29,811 bases of DNA, from contig CAXXSM010000054.1 of the NCBI GenBank assembly GCA_963663405.2, positions 1 to 29,811 on the forward strand, written 5' to 3'. This document shows, in pieces, positions 1-9,994 of this stretch. Numbering within the stretch: position 1 is the stretch's first letter; the number at the start of each line of letters is the position of its first letter. The translations under genes were made by a program, and so were the position numbers. A model generated the notes under the pieces. That model did not search any database and was not told the DNA's origin. It saw nothing but the letters and a program-made list of their open reading frames with translations. This DNA is from a bacterium. Its GTDB lineage: Bacteria > Hinthialibacterota > Hinthialibacteria > Hinthialibacterales > Hinthialibacteraceae.

Positions 1-507
1 AATCATCTCCGTCTTTCCCTGCGCCGCCCGCGTGGTATCATCAACGCCATTGGATTCGGACAGGGAAATAAATTGGAACACCTTAAGGGAGACCTAGTAG
101 AAGCCGTGTTCCAATGCCGCTATAACGAATATCAAGGAAGACGCGAAATCAACCTGTATCTGCTGGATGTGCGCAGCTGCGCTTCTGATGCGCCATCCAT
201 ACAAAGTCAAGATCGAAAAGGGGGGCCAAAAATGTCTTCTCTCGACCGCGCCGTATTGGGGAAAATCTACCGCCTTTTAATGGATTCTTCGCTCGAAGAT
301 GGGCGGCTGCCCCGGAAAGAAATTCCACTCCTGGCGAAATTGGCGAAAACTACTGTAGATAATATGGAAACCGCCTTGACAATCTTCGAGGAACTGGAAT
401 TTCTCACCCTGACGCCGGACCGGATCAACATGAAGAAGGCGCCGGAAAAAAAAGAACTCACCGAGTCTCCCACCTATCGTTCCATACAGCAAACAAACAA
501 CAAATAG
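1..507 (+). CDS. recJ: ssDNA-specific exonuclease RecJ, C-terminal part (truncated by window edge)
   Basis: Frame 1 is open from base 1: NHLRLSL...INAIGFG...VEAVFQCRYNEYQGRREINLYLLDVR matches the RecJ OB-fold pattern HLKL..AIGF..NxxxG...L.l.D. It is followed by a Firmicutes-like C-terminal extension (LTIFEELEF...KKELTESPTY). Confidence 0.85.
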   Translation, partial: NHLRLSLRRPRGIINAIGFGQGNKLEHLKGDLVEAVFQCRYNEYQGRREINLYLLDVRSCASDAPSIQSQDRKGGPKMSSLDRAVLGKIYRLLMDSSLEDGRLPRKEIPLLAKLAKTTVDNMETALTIFEELEFLTLTPDRINMKKAPEKKELTESPTYRSIQQTNNK

Positions 508-516
508 GAAAGTGAC

Positions 517-1263
517 GTGATCTATATTCTCCTGCCGGCTTATAATGAAGCCAACAACATCGGACCACTCTTACGGACAATCGAAGAAGAAACGCAGCGC
601 GCCGGTTCCCCCATCGTTCACGCTGTTGTGGTGAATGACGGCAGTACGGATTCCACAGGGGATGAAGTCCGGGCGTTTGAGGACGCCATAAAGGTTTCCC
701 TGCTGGAACATGATACCAATTGGGGACTCGGAGCGGCCCTTTTTACGGGGATTCAATATATTTTGAACCGCTGTGAGGATACAGACGAGATCATTACACT
801 CGACGCCGATGGCACACACCATCCACGTTATATATTCCAATTGGTGAAGCAGATCGAAGCGGGATACGATATCGCCGTCGCGTCGCGATACGCGCAGGGC
901 GGGAAAGAGATTGGAGTCAATTGGTACCGTAAACTTCTCAGCCACGGCGCGCGGAGGTTGTACGGATTCTGCTTCGCGGGCTGGCCCCTGCGGGATTTTT
1001 CCTGCGGTTTCCGGGCCATCCGGGCGGAAACGCTGCGCCGGACCGTAGACCAATGGAATGAGAAACTGTTCGAAACCCCCGGTTTCGCCTGCACGGGGGA
1101 ATTGATGCTGAAACTACTCGCGCACACCTCCCCCGAGCGCGTTACTGAGATTCCTTTCGAACTCCACTATGAATGCAAGGAAGGTGTCAGTAAAATGCCC
1201 GCTCTCAAAACGATCCTCGGCACATTAAAATTGTTGCTTAAAGCAAGAGAAGTTTTGAAATAA
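517..1263 (+). CDS. Glycosyltransferase family 2 (DPM1/polyprenol-phosphate glycosyltransferase-like)
   Basis: Motifs LPAYNEA, VVNDGSTD, NWGLGAA, the DAD (DxD) motif, ASRY..GG and DFSCGFRA; GTG start after GGAAAG. Confidence 0.9.
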   Translation: MIYILLPAYNEANNIGPLLRTIEEETQRAGSPIVHAVVVNDGSTDSTGDEVRAFEDAIKVSLLEHDTNWGLGAALFTGIQYILNRCEDTDEIITLDADGTHHPRYIFQLVKQIEAGYDIAVASRYAQGGKEIGVNWYRKLLSHGARRLYGFCFAGWPLRDFSCGFRAIRAETLRRTVDQWNEKLFETPGFACTGELMLKLLAHTSPERVTEIPFELHYECKEGVSKMPALKTILGTLKLLLKAREVLK

Positions 1264-1280
1264 TAGAACAGGAGTCTCCC

Positions 1281-1700
1281 ATGCAGATCATCACGAAGCG
1301 AATCAACGTCTCATCAAAAGGAAATACGGATATCATCGATCTTACGTCTCAGGCTGTACAGATCCTCCAGCAGAGCGGATTAAAGGAAGGTCAAATGACG
1401 GTCTTCGCCCCAGGCGCGACCGCCGCTGTCAGCACGGTGGAGTACGAGCCGGGCCTTCTGAAGGACATTCCAGAAATGCTCGACAAAATCGCCCCCCAAG
1501 GCCCGCCCTATCATCACGATCAAACCTGGCACGACGGCAACGGCCACTCCCATCTCCGCGCCACTCTCATGGGCCCTTCCATGACCATCCCCTTCGAAAA
1601 CGGCGCCCTCATCCTCGGAACCTGGCAACAGATCATCCTCCTCGATTTCGACAATCGCCAGCGTCAGCGGTCGATTGTTTGTCAATTGATTGGGGAGTGA
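1281..1700 (+). CDS. yjbQ: YjbQ/UPF0047 family protein (secondary thiamine-phosphate synthase family)
   Basis: IIDLT, GATAA, YHHD...NGHSHLRATLMGPS and LGTWQQI..DFD are the UPF0047 signature; AGGAG RBS upstream. Confidence 0.92.
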   Translation: MQIITKRINVSSKGNTDIIDLTSQAVQILQQSGLKEGQMTVFAPGATAAVSTVEYEPGLLKDIPEMLDKIAPQGPPYHHDQTWHDGNGHSHLRATLMGPSMTIPFENGALILGTWQQIILLDFDNRQRQRSIVCQLIGE

Positions 1701-1806
1701 TACGTTAATAAATCTTTCCTCCTATCCTCCGCATATAGTTCCATAAACATATCGTTAGACACTATCTTTTTAATAAATAGTAATCTCTCTAAAGAATATA
1801 TTCGGC

Positions 1807-1836
1807 TTGACATATCTATTTTACTTATGTTAAAAA
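1807..1836 (+). promoter_or_regulatory. Possible sigma-70 promoter for the LamG gene
   Basis: Perfect TTGACA at 1807-1812 and TG-n-TAAAAA (18-nt spacer) in an AT-rich spacer. The -10 element is weak. Confidence 0.4.
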
Positions 1837-1885
1837 GTAGACTTATTCTGCAATACATCCATATCATCTAGAGGAGAAAAAGAAG

Positions 1886-3286
1886 ATGAAGACTACGTTT
1901 TATCGAATCCTTGGGCTGGCTGTCTGTACAATGATGGCCTGCCTCCCGGGTCTCGGCGGATCTGCTTCTTTCGATTGATTTCGACGAGGGGAAGCGGTGG
2001 AACTGTCGCGTCAAGCGCAGGAGATCTGGTTGGCTCGCTAGGTAGAGTTGGCGCCGATCCGGATCTTGTCGCGGAAGTGAATGAAGACAGCGCATCTGGC
2101 GCCGCGGATGACAATTCGATCCATTTCCCAGGTGGAGATGGGCTCATCATGAGCGGGGATGATACCTCATTTGTGGATCTCATCTTAGGGCCAACGACAG
2201 TCGAAGCCTGGGTCAATGTCGATGAGTACGCCCAAGAATGGGAAGATATTTTCCGCCTTGAAAACACCTTGAAACTCGGTTTTCATAATGGAAGTATCGT
2301 CTTCACGACGTTAGGCGTCTACGATTATTTGAGTGAAGTGCCCGTTCCGGCTGGTGATTGGCATCATGTCGCCGTCGTGTGGGAACCCGGTGTTGGCGCC
2401 ACCTTCTATCTGGATGGCGTGGAATCCGCCTTTGTCGCGCATACCGGTTTAGCCCGTGATCCTGAAAACACCGACATCTCGATTGGATGGTCCCACGGAC
2501 AGACCAGCATGCTGATCGGTTCAATCGACCGTCTCCGTATGCATGCCGCGATGCTCGATCCAGCCGATTTGGATTCTGACGCCGCCAATCCGAAGGGCGT
2601 CTATGACTCCCACTGTCGTCGATTTAGGTCTCGACAGCCTGCCTTGCGCCGAACGCTGGTTCCGCGGGTCTTGAAGCGGATACGCTCCTGCGTACCGGTC
2701 TTCCCGAATTTGTGGCCGGAGCAACGGGTCAAAGCGGCGATTCCGCCCTCTCCTTCAATGGGATCAATTCCCGCGTTATCGTCCCGGATGACGACGGCGT
2801 GTTGCAGATTGAAGGAGACATGACGATTGAAGCGTATATCAAATGCGAAGGCGGTCAGCCCCAGGAACGTTCGATTCTTGTCGCGTATGGACTCCCCCAG
2901 GGTTATTCTTTCTCCATTCGTACTGAACGCTATCTTTTCGCAACCACGTATGGCATCAAAGACTTTGGTGAAGCAACCGACGCGATTATCCCCGATGACG
3001 GCGGTTGGCATCATGGCGCCGTCGTGCACGATAGCGCTGCTGGCGAAATGCGGTTCTACGTGGATGGCGAATTGAAGACCACGGTCGCATATACAGGGGG
3101 TATAATTGTTACGGAATATCAGCGCCTCTATTTGGGTATCGAAGCGAGCTACGACAATACTGCTTCAATCAATCCATACCTTGGTTCTCTCGATCGAGTC
3201 CGCATTTATAACGAAGTACTCGGCCCAGACCAGTTTGACATGGTTGAAAACCGCTTCCTCCGCTGGGGAATGGGATGTATTACTAA
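1886..3286 (+). CDS. Secreted protein with two LamG/concanavalin A-like domains (reconstructed across about six +1 frameshifts)
   Basis: RBS GAGGAG, then ATG at 1886 with signal peptide MKTTFYRILGLAVCTMMACLP. Then ADLLLSIDFDEGSG, LamG repeat 1 (TVEAWV, WHHVAVVW, FYLDG, GSIDRLR) and repeat 2 (TIEAYI, WHHGAVVHD, FYVDG, GSLDRVRIY). Deleting one base at about 1948, 1990, 2610, 2650, 3249 and 3273 joins ORFs 1975..2823 and 2712..3317 into one gene. The exact 3' end is inferred. Confidence 0.8.
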
Positions 3287-3344
3287 GAGAGAATCGATCT
3301 CCTATCCAACTGGATAGGAATTGATTTATTCGCAATGAAATGAT

Positions 3345-3380
3345 GATAGCTGGACCCTTATTGGCACAGCTATCTTTTTT
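3345..3380 (+). terminator. Rho-independent terminator between convergent genes
   Basis: GATAGCTG (3345-3352) pairs with CAGCTATC (3367-3374), followed by T6. A second hairpin TCCTATCC/GGATAGGA lies at 3300-3319. Confidence 0.65.
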
Positions 3381-3412
3381 GCTTTATAAAAGGAGAGGAA
3401 CGGAAACTACGC

Positions 3413-4778
3413 CTATTTTTCCCCTCTTGCCTTAGCTTCCGCTAATTGATGGACTTCTTGAACGATAATATCTTCAACATCCTCCGCCCACGGTCCGTGG
3501 AAATTATAGTAGACCATCGCGCCTTCTCCCTCATAGCCGCCTTCCCGCAGGACGCGCAGTGAAGGGATGTACGCGCAGACATCATTCGCGTAGCCGATAA
3601 CCCATGTGTTCTCCTCGCCGAATTGGTGTTTGAATAATAGGGAATAATCCACAACGACTTCCCCGCCCATCGCGATTATCATGAAATCGTCCCCCAACCG
3701 CCAGACTTGCAGGGGATAGGGATACTTGGTGGGGATTTCCCCTTTTTCATCCAGCGTAGCGAGCAGGCTCTTGGCACGGTATTGAATATACTTGTTATCG
3801 TTTTCCGCTTGTTTATAGAGTTCTTCTTTAGAGGGAGCTGGGGTGAGGTTTAAGTCAACCAAAGGAAAAAGCCGCCTTCAGCGGACCTTTCACTTCGCGC
3901 ATCGGATTGGCCAAGACGATTTGAACCGCTTTGCACAATGATTCACCATGCTGTTTCGCATGGATCAATTCCCGCCGTGGATTCGGATTCTGATCCCCGC
4001 CGCAACCGGCGAAGAACATCGCAATGGTTCCGGGATATGCCGCTTCCAGATCGGCCTGCGCGAAACCCGCATAATCCCCCGCAGAGTTGCATCGAACTTA
4101 GCGTTGTGTTATGACACGCGTAGCCGAACACAACCGCCATCATTTTTCCACTCTCTCCTACTACTTTCAGCGTGGGGACATCGGAATCGACCGGCCCGAT
4201 TGGATTGAGACCGATATTGATTCCTGCTTGGGAATACTGACGGCGGTTGATCGCGAAATGGGCTTCTCCATTGCCCCGGTAGATCTTCACTGGTTCCAGA
4301 TCTTCTAACGAATCAAGGATCACTTGAACGAGTTTGTCTTCTAACTGTTTTGTATACTCTTTCACAGTCTGTAAATGCTCAGGCGTGAGAGAATACATCC
4401 CCAGAAGCCGGTCATCGAGCACAGGACCGGAATGGGTATGGGAACAGGTCAGCATAATGGCCGCGCGGGGCAGTCCCGTCTTTTCTTTAATGCGGGAGGA
4501 GACCTTACGCGCGAGCGAAGCGGGGATGGTCAGCACATCGGCGGTGACAAAGACTGATCGAACGCCCTCCGCGCTTTCTAGCGCTAATGCTTTGGCGTAT
4601 AAATCGTGATATTTACCTTCGGAAGGGGGACGTCCGCGCCGCATAAACCAGCCATCCAAATGCCGGTTTCCGGCGTGATCACAATTTTTGCGGCGCCGGC
4701 CTTATAGGAATCCGCTCCGTTTGATTGAACCACGCAGGATACGATGAGTAGACTTGCCATGAGGATTCGGGTAACCAT
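3413..4778 (-). CDS. Secreted neutral/alkaline ceramidase-like amidohydrolase (reconstructed across four +1 frameshifts)
   Basis: Signal peptide MVTRILMASLLIVSCVVQSNG; AGAAKIVITP..WMAGYAAR; HDLYAKALAL; SHTHSGP; NRR; YACHNT; GDYAG; GCGGDQNP; GGEVVVDY; GYAND..YIPS...GGYE. ORFs 4584..4778, 3943..4659 and 3413..3862 are joined by single-base deletions at about 4646, 4627, 4078 and 3862. Confidence 0.8.
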
Positions 4779-4870
4779 GTCAATTCGCCTCCAGTTTGGA
4801 TTTACGATTCATTATACGGAAAAGCCGGTTGGAGTATAGATTCCTCTTAGATGGCGGAAACGTTTACTAT

Positions 4871-6208
4871 TCATGGGGCTTCAAAGATTTTCTTGCCTTC
4901 TACGAATACATATCGTGGTTCAAAGGTATAGTCATTCTCTCCTTCGATCAGGCGTCCGATTGTTAGGTCAGCGTCTTTACCAGGAGTGAGGGCGCCGGTG
5001 TGGGAATCACTTCCATCGAGAGCCGCCTGTGTTGTTGCGCAGAGATAGGAGGCTTTGACAATCGCTTGGTCGAGATCCATCGAGGGATGATTGAACCAAT
5101 GCCCTTGCACATCACGCGCAAACAGAGTGACGAGATTCGAGAAGGCGCGATCCATGGAAAGCAGACTGCTGCACAGTGTGTTCACTGGCGCAGGGACGCG
5201 AGAGCCATCCGGCTGAAGATACGACACCGTCCGCAACGAACGCCCTGTCTCGTCTGCGCGCGCAATGGTGGAACCGACCGTAAATTCATCCGATGGGATT
5301 TCATCAGGAACCGGAAAAATCGCGTCTGTGATTGTGATTATTGAATTCAATCCCCAGCGTTCTTCCGTTCGTTTGATGATATCCAGAACATATCGCCCAT
5401 CCACGTGTACCCGGTCAAGGATCAATTCCTTGACCATGGGAAGATTCATAGCGCCTTCGAACGCGCCGCCCCCATCAAACGGTTTGAACGATTGACCGGT
5501 CGGACCATTGGTGAAATGGACCATAAACCGAAGCCCAGAGTCTTCATACGCCCGGCGGAGCAAATCCGCATCCGCTTGTGTATGGCCGGCGCCAACCAAT
5601 ACACCCAATTCGTTTGCATGACGGATAATTTCCAGCGAAGCGTGTCCATAATCCGGAGCAATGTTCGCGATTCGGAGCGAGCCTGTGTCATGAAGGCGGT
5701 TCAGCGCGTCAACGCAATCATCACGGGTGGGGATTAAACAATATTCAACAGGTTGCGCGCCCCGGCACTCTTCATTGATGAATGTGCCTTCGACGTGCGT
5801 TCCCATCACTTTCGCGCCCACCCGTCCGTTTTTTCCTGAATCCATCCAAGAACGGACGCCTTCGCAATAGGCCGTCAGTTGTTCGAGCGGGCCGCCGAAA
5901 GTCGAAAGATACACCGCGGTAACACCCTGCGAAGCGAGAGATTGCGTCACGGTCCGGATACGCTCCATCCTCTGTTCGACAGACCAATCCTGCGCCGGAA
6001 GTTGACCGGTAATATCGTGGATATGCTGATCGCGGAAGCCGGGCAGGATATACAGCCCGCGAGCGTCAAGGGAGGAAGCGCCTGTTTCCGGCTTCTTATC
6101 GGTTATGGTTTGGATTAAACCTTTCTCGATCTGTATGAAATGGTCTCGCAGGATTCCAGTATTGGTTACGATGTTACCTTGAATAATTAGTTGGTCTTCT
6201 ATCGTCAT
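4871..6208 (-). CDS. nagA: N-acetylglucosamine-6-phosphate deacetylase-like amidohydrolase (divergent NagA family)
   Basis: PGFxDxHIH, HVEGTFIN...GAQP, IAPD, GHT, HFTNG, DxVHV, ITDA and a C-terminal G.L.PGKDADL follow the NagA motif order. Confidence 0.7.
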   Translation of the reverse strand: MTIEDQLIIQGNIVTNTGILRDHFIQIEKGLIQTITDKKPETGASSLDARGLYILPGFRDQHIHDITGQLPAQDWSVEQRMERIRTVTQSLASQGVTAVYLSTFGGPLEQLTAYCEGVRSWMDSGKNGRVGAKVMGTHVEGTFINEECRGAQPVEYCLIPTRDDCVDALNRLHDTGSLRIANIAPDYGHASLEIIRHANELGVLVGAGHTQADADLLRRAYEDSGLRFMVHFTNGPTGQSFKPFDGGGAFEGAMNLPMVKELILDRVHVDGRYVLDIIKRTEERWGLNSIITITDAIFPVPDEIPSDEFTVGSTIARADETGRSLRTVSYLQPDGSRVPAPVNTLCSSLLSMDRAFSNLVTLFARDVQGHWFNHPSMDLDQAIVKASYLCATTQAALDGSDSHTGALTPGKDADLTIGRLIEGENDYTFEPRYVFVEGKKIFEAP

Positions 6209-6466
6209 ATGTGAATCACCTATTATTATTTGTAGATCGTGCCTTAATCAGATTATTGCAGCGGCGCATAGAATCAAAACCCTTAACTTACTTTTCTTCC
6301 TTTCAAAGTGTAAATACCAGCCTAGGGGACTTTCGTGGATATAAGATTTGTGTTAACTTAGATAAAGTTCTATCTAGCGGAACAAAATTTCACTTTAGAA
6401 TAGGCGCGGCGGATTCCAAGGCGAGATGGTTTTTGGGATTGTCCGCCCTCAGAGGCAGGGGGAGTT

Positions 6467-7097
6467 ATGTCTACGCTTAAACAGGGTCCATTTTTCCTTC
6501 GTCGTTTTCAATCATTGCTGGGCATTATCCCAGTCGGCGTTTTCCTTGCCGAACATGCGTTTTACCAACAGCCTCGCATTTTTCTATGGCCCAGAGAAAT
6601 TCAACGAAGCCGTTGAATTTTTACAGAGCCTCCCATTCGTCACATTTCTTGAGATTTTCGCCATCGGTGTACCGATCCTGATCCACGCCGGGATTGGCAT
6701 CTACATTTGGATCTTCGGCGAAAGCAATGTGCAGCATTATGGTTATCTGCGGAATTGGCTCTATTCGCTTCAACGATGGACGGGGATTGTCGCGATCCTT
6801 TTTATCTTGTTCCACGTCTATAAACTGCGTATCGAGTGGACGTTCAATCCAGAGATTCATCATATCAATTTCGACTATGTGCAGGAATATTTCTCTCATA
6901 CCTGGCATGTGATCTTTTATTTCATTGGAGTCGCGGCTTCGGTGTTCCATTTCGCGAATGGAATTTGGAATTTCTTAGTCAAATGGGGCATCGCGATCGG
7001 CGAACAGGCGCAGACCGCGTCCGGGTATGTTTGCGCGGTCATTGGAATCGGTGTTTTCACATTTTTCATGCTTTCTCTCTATAAATTCAGTATCTAA
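6467..7097 (+). CDS. sdhC: Succinate dehydrogenase cytochrome b558 subunit (diheme, Bacillus-type); one +1 frameshift near 6561
   Basis: After RBS GGGGAG, ATG 6467 gives MSTLKQGPFFLRRFQSLLGIIPVGVFLAEHA, continuing as FTNS.. in ORF 6426..7097. Four heme-ligand His are present (EHA, IHAG, FHV, FHFANG), plus NWLYSLQRWTG. Confidence 0.9.
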
Positions 7098-7170
7098 AAG
7101 TTTCCTCCGAATGGCAGACCGGAGGAGAACGGGCGAAAGACAAATCAGTACGTAAGGGGGCATACCCATC

Positions 7171-9045
7171 ATGGCAAAACCGCGGTTTCTTGTCGTCGGC
7201 GGAGGCTTGGCCGGTCTGATGACCGTGATCAAACTCGCCGAAGCGGGACATCAAGTCGATCTCTTTTCCGTGGTCCCCCGTTAAGCGCTCACATTCTGTG
7301 TGCGCACAGGGGGGCATCAACGGAGCGGTGAACACGAAAGGGGAAGGAGATTCTCCCGACATTCACTTTTACGATACCGTCAAAGGCGGTGATTTTCTCG
7401 CCAATCAGCCACTCTGCAAAGATATGTGCTACCAAGCGCCCGCCATTATTTACTTGATGGACCGAATGGGCGTGACCTTCAACCGCACCAGTGAAGGGCT
7501 TCTTGATTTCCGCCGTTTCGGGGGCACTCTTTATAACCGCACCGCTTTTGCGGGTGCGACCACCGGTCAGCAATTGCTCTACGCGCTGGACGAACAGGTC
7601 CGCCGCTTTGAAGTCGATGGTCTCGTCAAAAAATACGAAAACATGGAATACCTGGGGATGGTCAAGGATTCGAACGGCTCCTGCCGTGGAATCGTTGCGA
7701 TCAACCTGGATACGATGGAGATTCAATCCTTCAAAGGCGATGCGGTGGCGCTGGCGACAGGCGGTCCCGGTTTAGTGTTTGGGCGTTCGACCAATTCAAT
7801 GATCAACACCGGCTCCGCCGCCGGGTCCGCGTACCGCGAAGGTGTGAAGTACGCCAATGGTGAATTTATCCAGATCCACCCCACGGCCATACCCGGTTAT
7901 GATAAGCTGCGCTTGATGTCAGAATCCGCGCGGGGCGAGGGAGGGCGCGTTTGGGTTCCGAAGAAAAAAAGGGGACACGCGTCCACCACGCGAAATCCCC
8001 GAAGAAGAACGCTGGTACTTCCTCGAAGAGAAATTCCCACGTTTTGGCAATCTTGTTCCACGTGATATCGCCGCTCAAGAAATATACGAAGTCTGCGTCA
8101 ACCAAGGATTGGGGGTCGGCGGCGGTAATATGGTCTTTTTGGACCTGACCCATATTCCACGCGAGGAACTCGATCGAAAACTCGCGGGGATCATGGAGAT
8201 CTACGAGAAATTCGCCGGAGACGACCCGCGCGATCTGCCGATGAAAATCTTCCCCGGCGTCCATTACAGCATGGGTGGCTTATGGGTGGATTATGAGGCT
8301 GACAGTCAGGGATTGCTGGAACGGACCAGCGCCCGTAATCATATGACTAATATTCCGGGTCTCTACGCGGTGGGTGAGGTGGATTATCAATACCACGGCG
8401 CGAACCGATTGGGCGCGAACTCACTTCTTTCCTGCCTGTTCGCAGGTCTGGTCGCCGGTCCAGCTATGGAAGTGTATTCGAAGAATCTCAATGGTTCTTC
8501 CGAGGATCAACCCGTAGGTATTTTTGAAGATGCCGAAAAGAAGTGGAAAGACCGTTTCGCGCAGATCGGTAAAATGGAAGGAAGCGAAAATCCATTTAAA
8601 TTGCACCAAGAGATGGGTGAAATGATGATCCGCACATGCACCATCGTGCGGCGGAATGAAGACTTGGCGAAAACGCTGGAAACATTGAAAGAATTCGACG
8701 AGCGCTGGAAGAACTGCAACGCGCTCGATACCGGCCAAGCCCGCAATCAGTCGATCCTGGGCATCAATCATCTGGATAATATGATCCAATTGGCGAAAGT
8801 GATGACCAAAGGCGCGCTTTTAAGAAATGAGTGCCGGGGCAGCCATCTCAAACCCGAATTCTTCCACGAACAGCCCAAAGATCAAAATTCGCCGGAATAT
8901 AAAGAGTACCTTGAGAAATGGAAAAAGAACAACGAGGAGTGGTTTGAAGACCACAATCGCCGAATATAAAGAGGTCGAACCGGAGATTACATATGAACCG
9001 GTTGACACCAGCCTAATCGAACCCGTGCCCCGCCGGTACGATTGA
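7171..9045 (+). CDS. sdhA: Succinate dehydrogenase flavoprotein subunit; three +1 frameshifts (about 7277, 7967, 8944)
   Basis: VVGGGLAGL Rossmann motif, FAD-binding RSHSVCAQGGING, QIHPT, SESARGEGG, VPRD, HYSMGG, HGANRLGANSL, RNECRGSH, ending VPRRYD. Confidence 0.95.
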
Positions 9046-9141
9046 CCTGCGCGGGATCTGTTATGAAAGCCCTTGGCATTGCATGGGAAGAGTGAATTCT
9101 TCTCACCAACAACAGAGAGAGAAGGCGGATAGGACTGAATC

Positions 9142-9890
9142 ATGGCCAAAATGATTGAACTGAAAATTAAACGCCAAATTGACGCGCAATCCGAGCCGTA
9201 TTGGGAAGAATTTCAAATTCCCTATCAGCCCAATATGAATGTCATCACCGTATTGCAGGAAATTCAACGCAATCCCGTTAACGCGAAAGGAGAGAAAACC
9301 ACACCCGTCGCCTGGGATTGCAGTTGCTTGGAGGAAGTGTGCGGCGCTTGTACGATGGTAATCAACAAGCAAACACGGCAATCGTGCAGCACTTTGATTG
9401 ATAATCTCGAACAACCCATCACGCTGGAAACCAATGCGGAAGTTCCCCGTCATTCATGACTTGGTGGTTAACCGTTCCCGCATGTTCGAAGCTCTCAAGA
9501 AAGTGCGCGCGTGGGTGGACATCGACGGGACCTACGATTTAGGACCCGGCCAGCGCCAGGCGCAAAGCGATCAAGAACAGATGTATGCCTTCTCGCGTTG
9601 TATGACTTGCGGTTGCTGTGTGGACGCCTGCCCGCAATACACTAAGGAAAGCCAATTTGTCGGTCCGGCCGCTCTCGGTCAGGTTTTCCTCTTCAATAAA
9701 AATCCCATCGGGAAATTTGTTGAGGATGTCCGCCTGCAATCCATCATGGGTGAAGGTGGGCATTCAGGATTGCGGCAACGCCCAGAATTGTGTTCGTGTT
9801 TGTCCTAAAGAGATCCCCCTAACTCGAGCCATTGCTAAACTCAACCGAGATACACTCAAACAAGCTCTTAAGGATCTCTTCGTGAATTAA
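9142..9890 (+). CDS. sdhB: Succinate dehydrogenase iron-sulfur subunit; two +1 frameshifts (about 9429, 9759)
   Basis: CLEEVCGAC...QSC (2Fe-2S), CMTCGCCVDACP, and CGNAQNCVRVCPKEI. Confidence 0.95.
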
Positions 9891-9914
9891 TCTTTGTGAT
9901 TCTCTTCACAGAAA

Positions 9915-9960
9915 AAATGAAAAACGGGAGCGCAAAAAGATTCGCTCCCGTTTTTCATTT
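9915..9960. terminator. Bidirectional rho-independent terminator
   Basis: 18-bp perfect inverted repeat AAATGAAAAACGGGAGCG / CGCTCCCGTTTTTCATTT with a 10-nt loop, between convergent sdhB and the 9995..11041 gene. Confidence 0.88.
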
Positions 9961-9994
9961 CAAATTATTAAATGTATTCTATGTGAATCTTTGA

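Noticed and set aside
1701-1885. AT-rich spacer, and similar ones at 13800-14140 and 29370-29716, as possible ncRNA, CRISPR or mobile ends
   Set aside because: No repeat-spacer periodicity, terminal inverted repeats or recognisable riboswitch/tRNA fold. They are consistent with promoter regions.
6500-6520. SdhC RRFQSL in place of the usual RRLHSL
   Set aside because: The equivalent His in Bacillus SdhC is not one of the four axial heme ligands, and all four are present here.
6467-9890. sdhCAB as pseudogenes or programmed frameshifting
   Set aside because: All breaks are +1 in mononucleotide runs, are shared with unrelated neighbouring genes, and leave catalytic motifs intact. Sequencing error is the simpler explanation.
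9895-9910. Perfect TGTGA-N6-TCACA (CRP/Rex-like) palindrome
   Set aside because: It lies just after the sdhB stop between convergent genes next to a terminator, with no promoter to regulate. Likely chance or an RNA hairpin.
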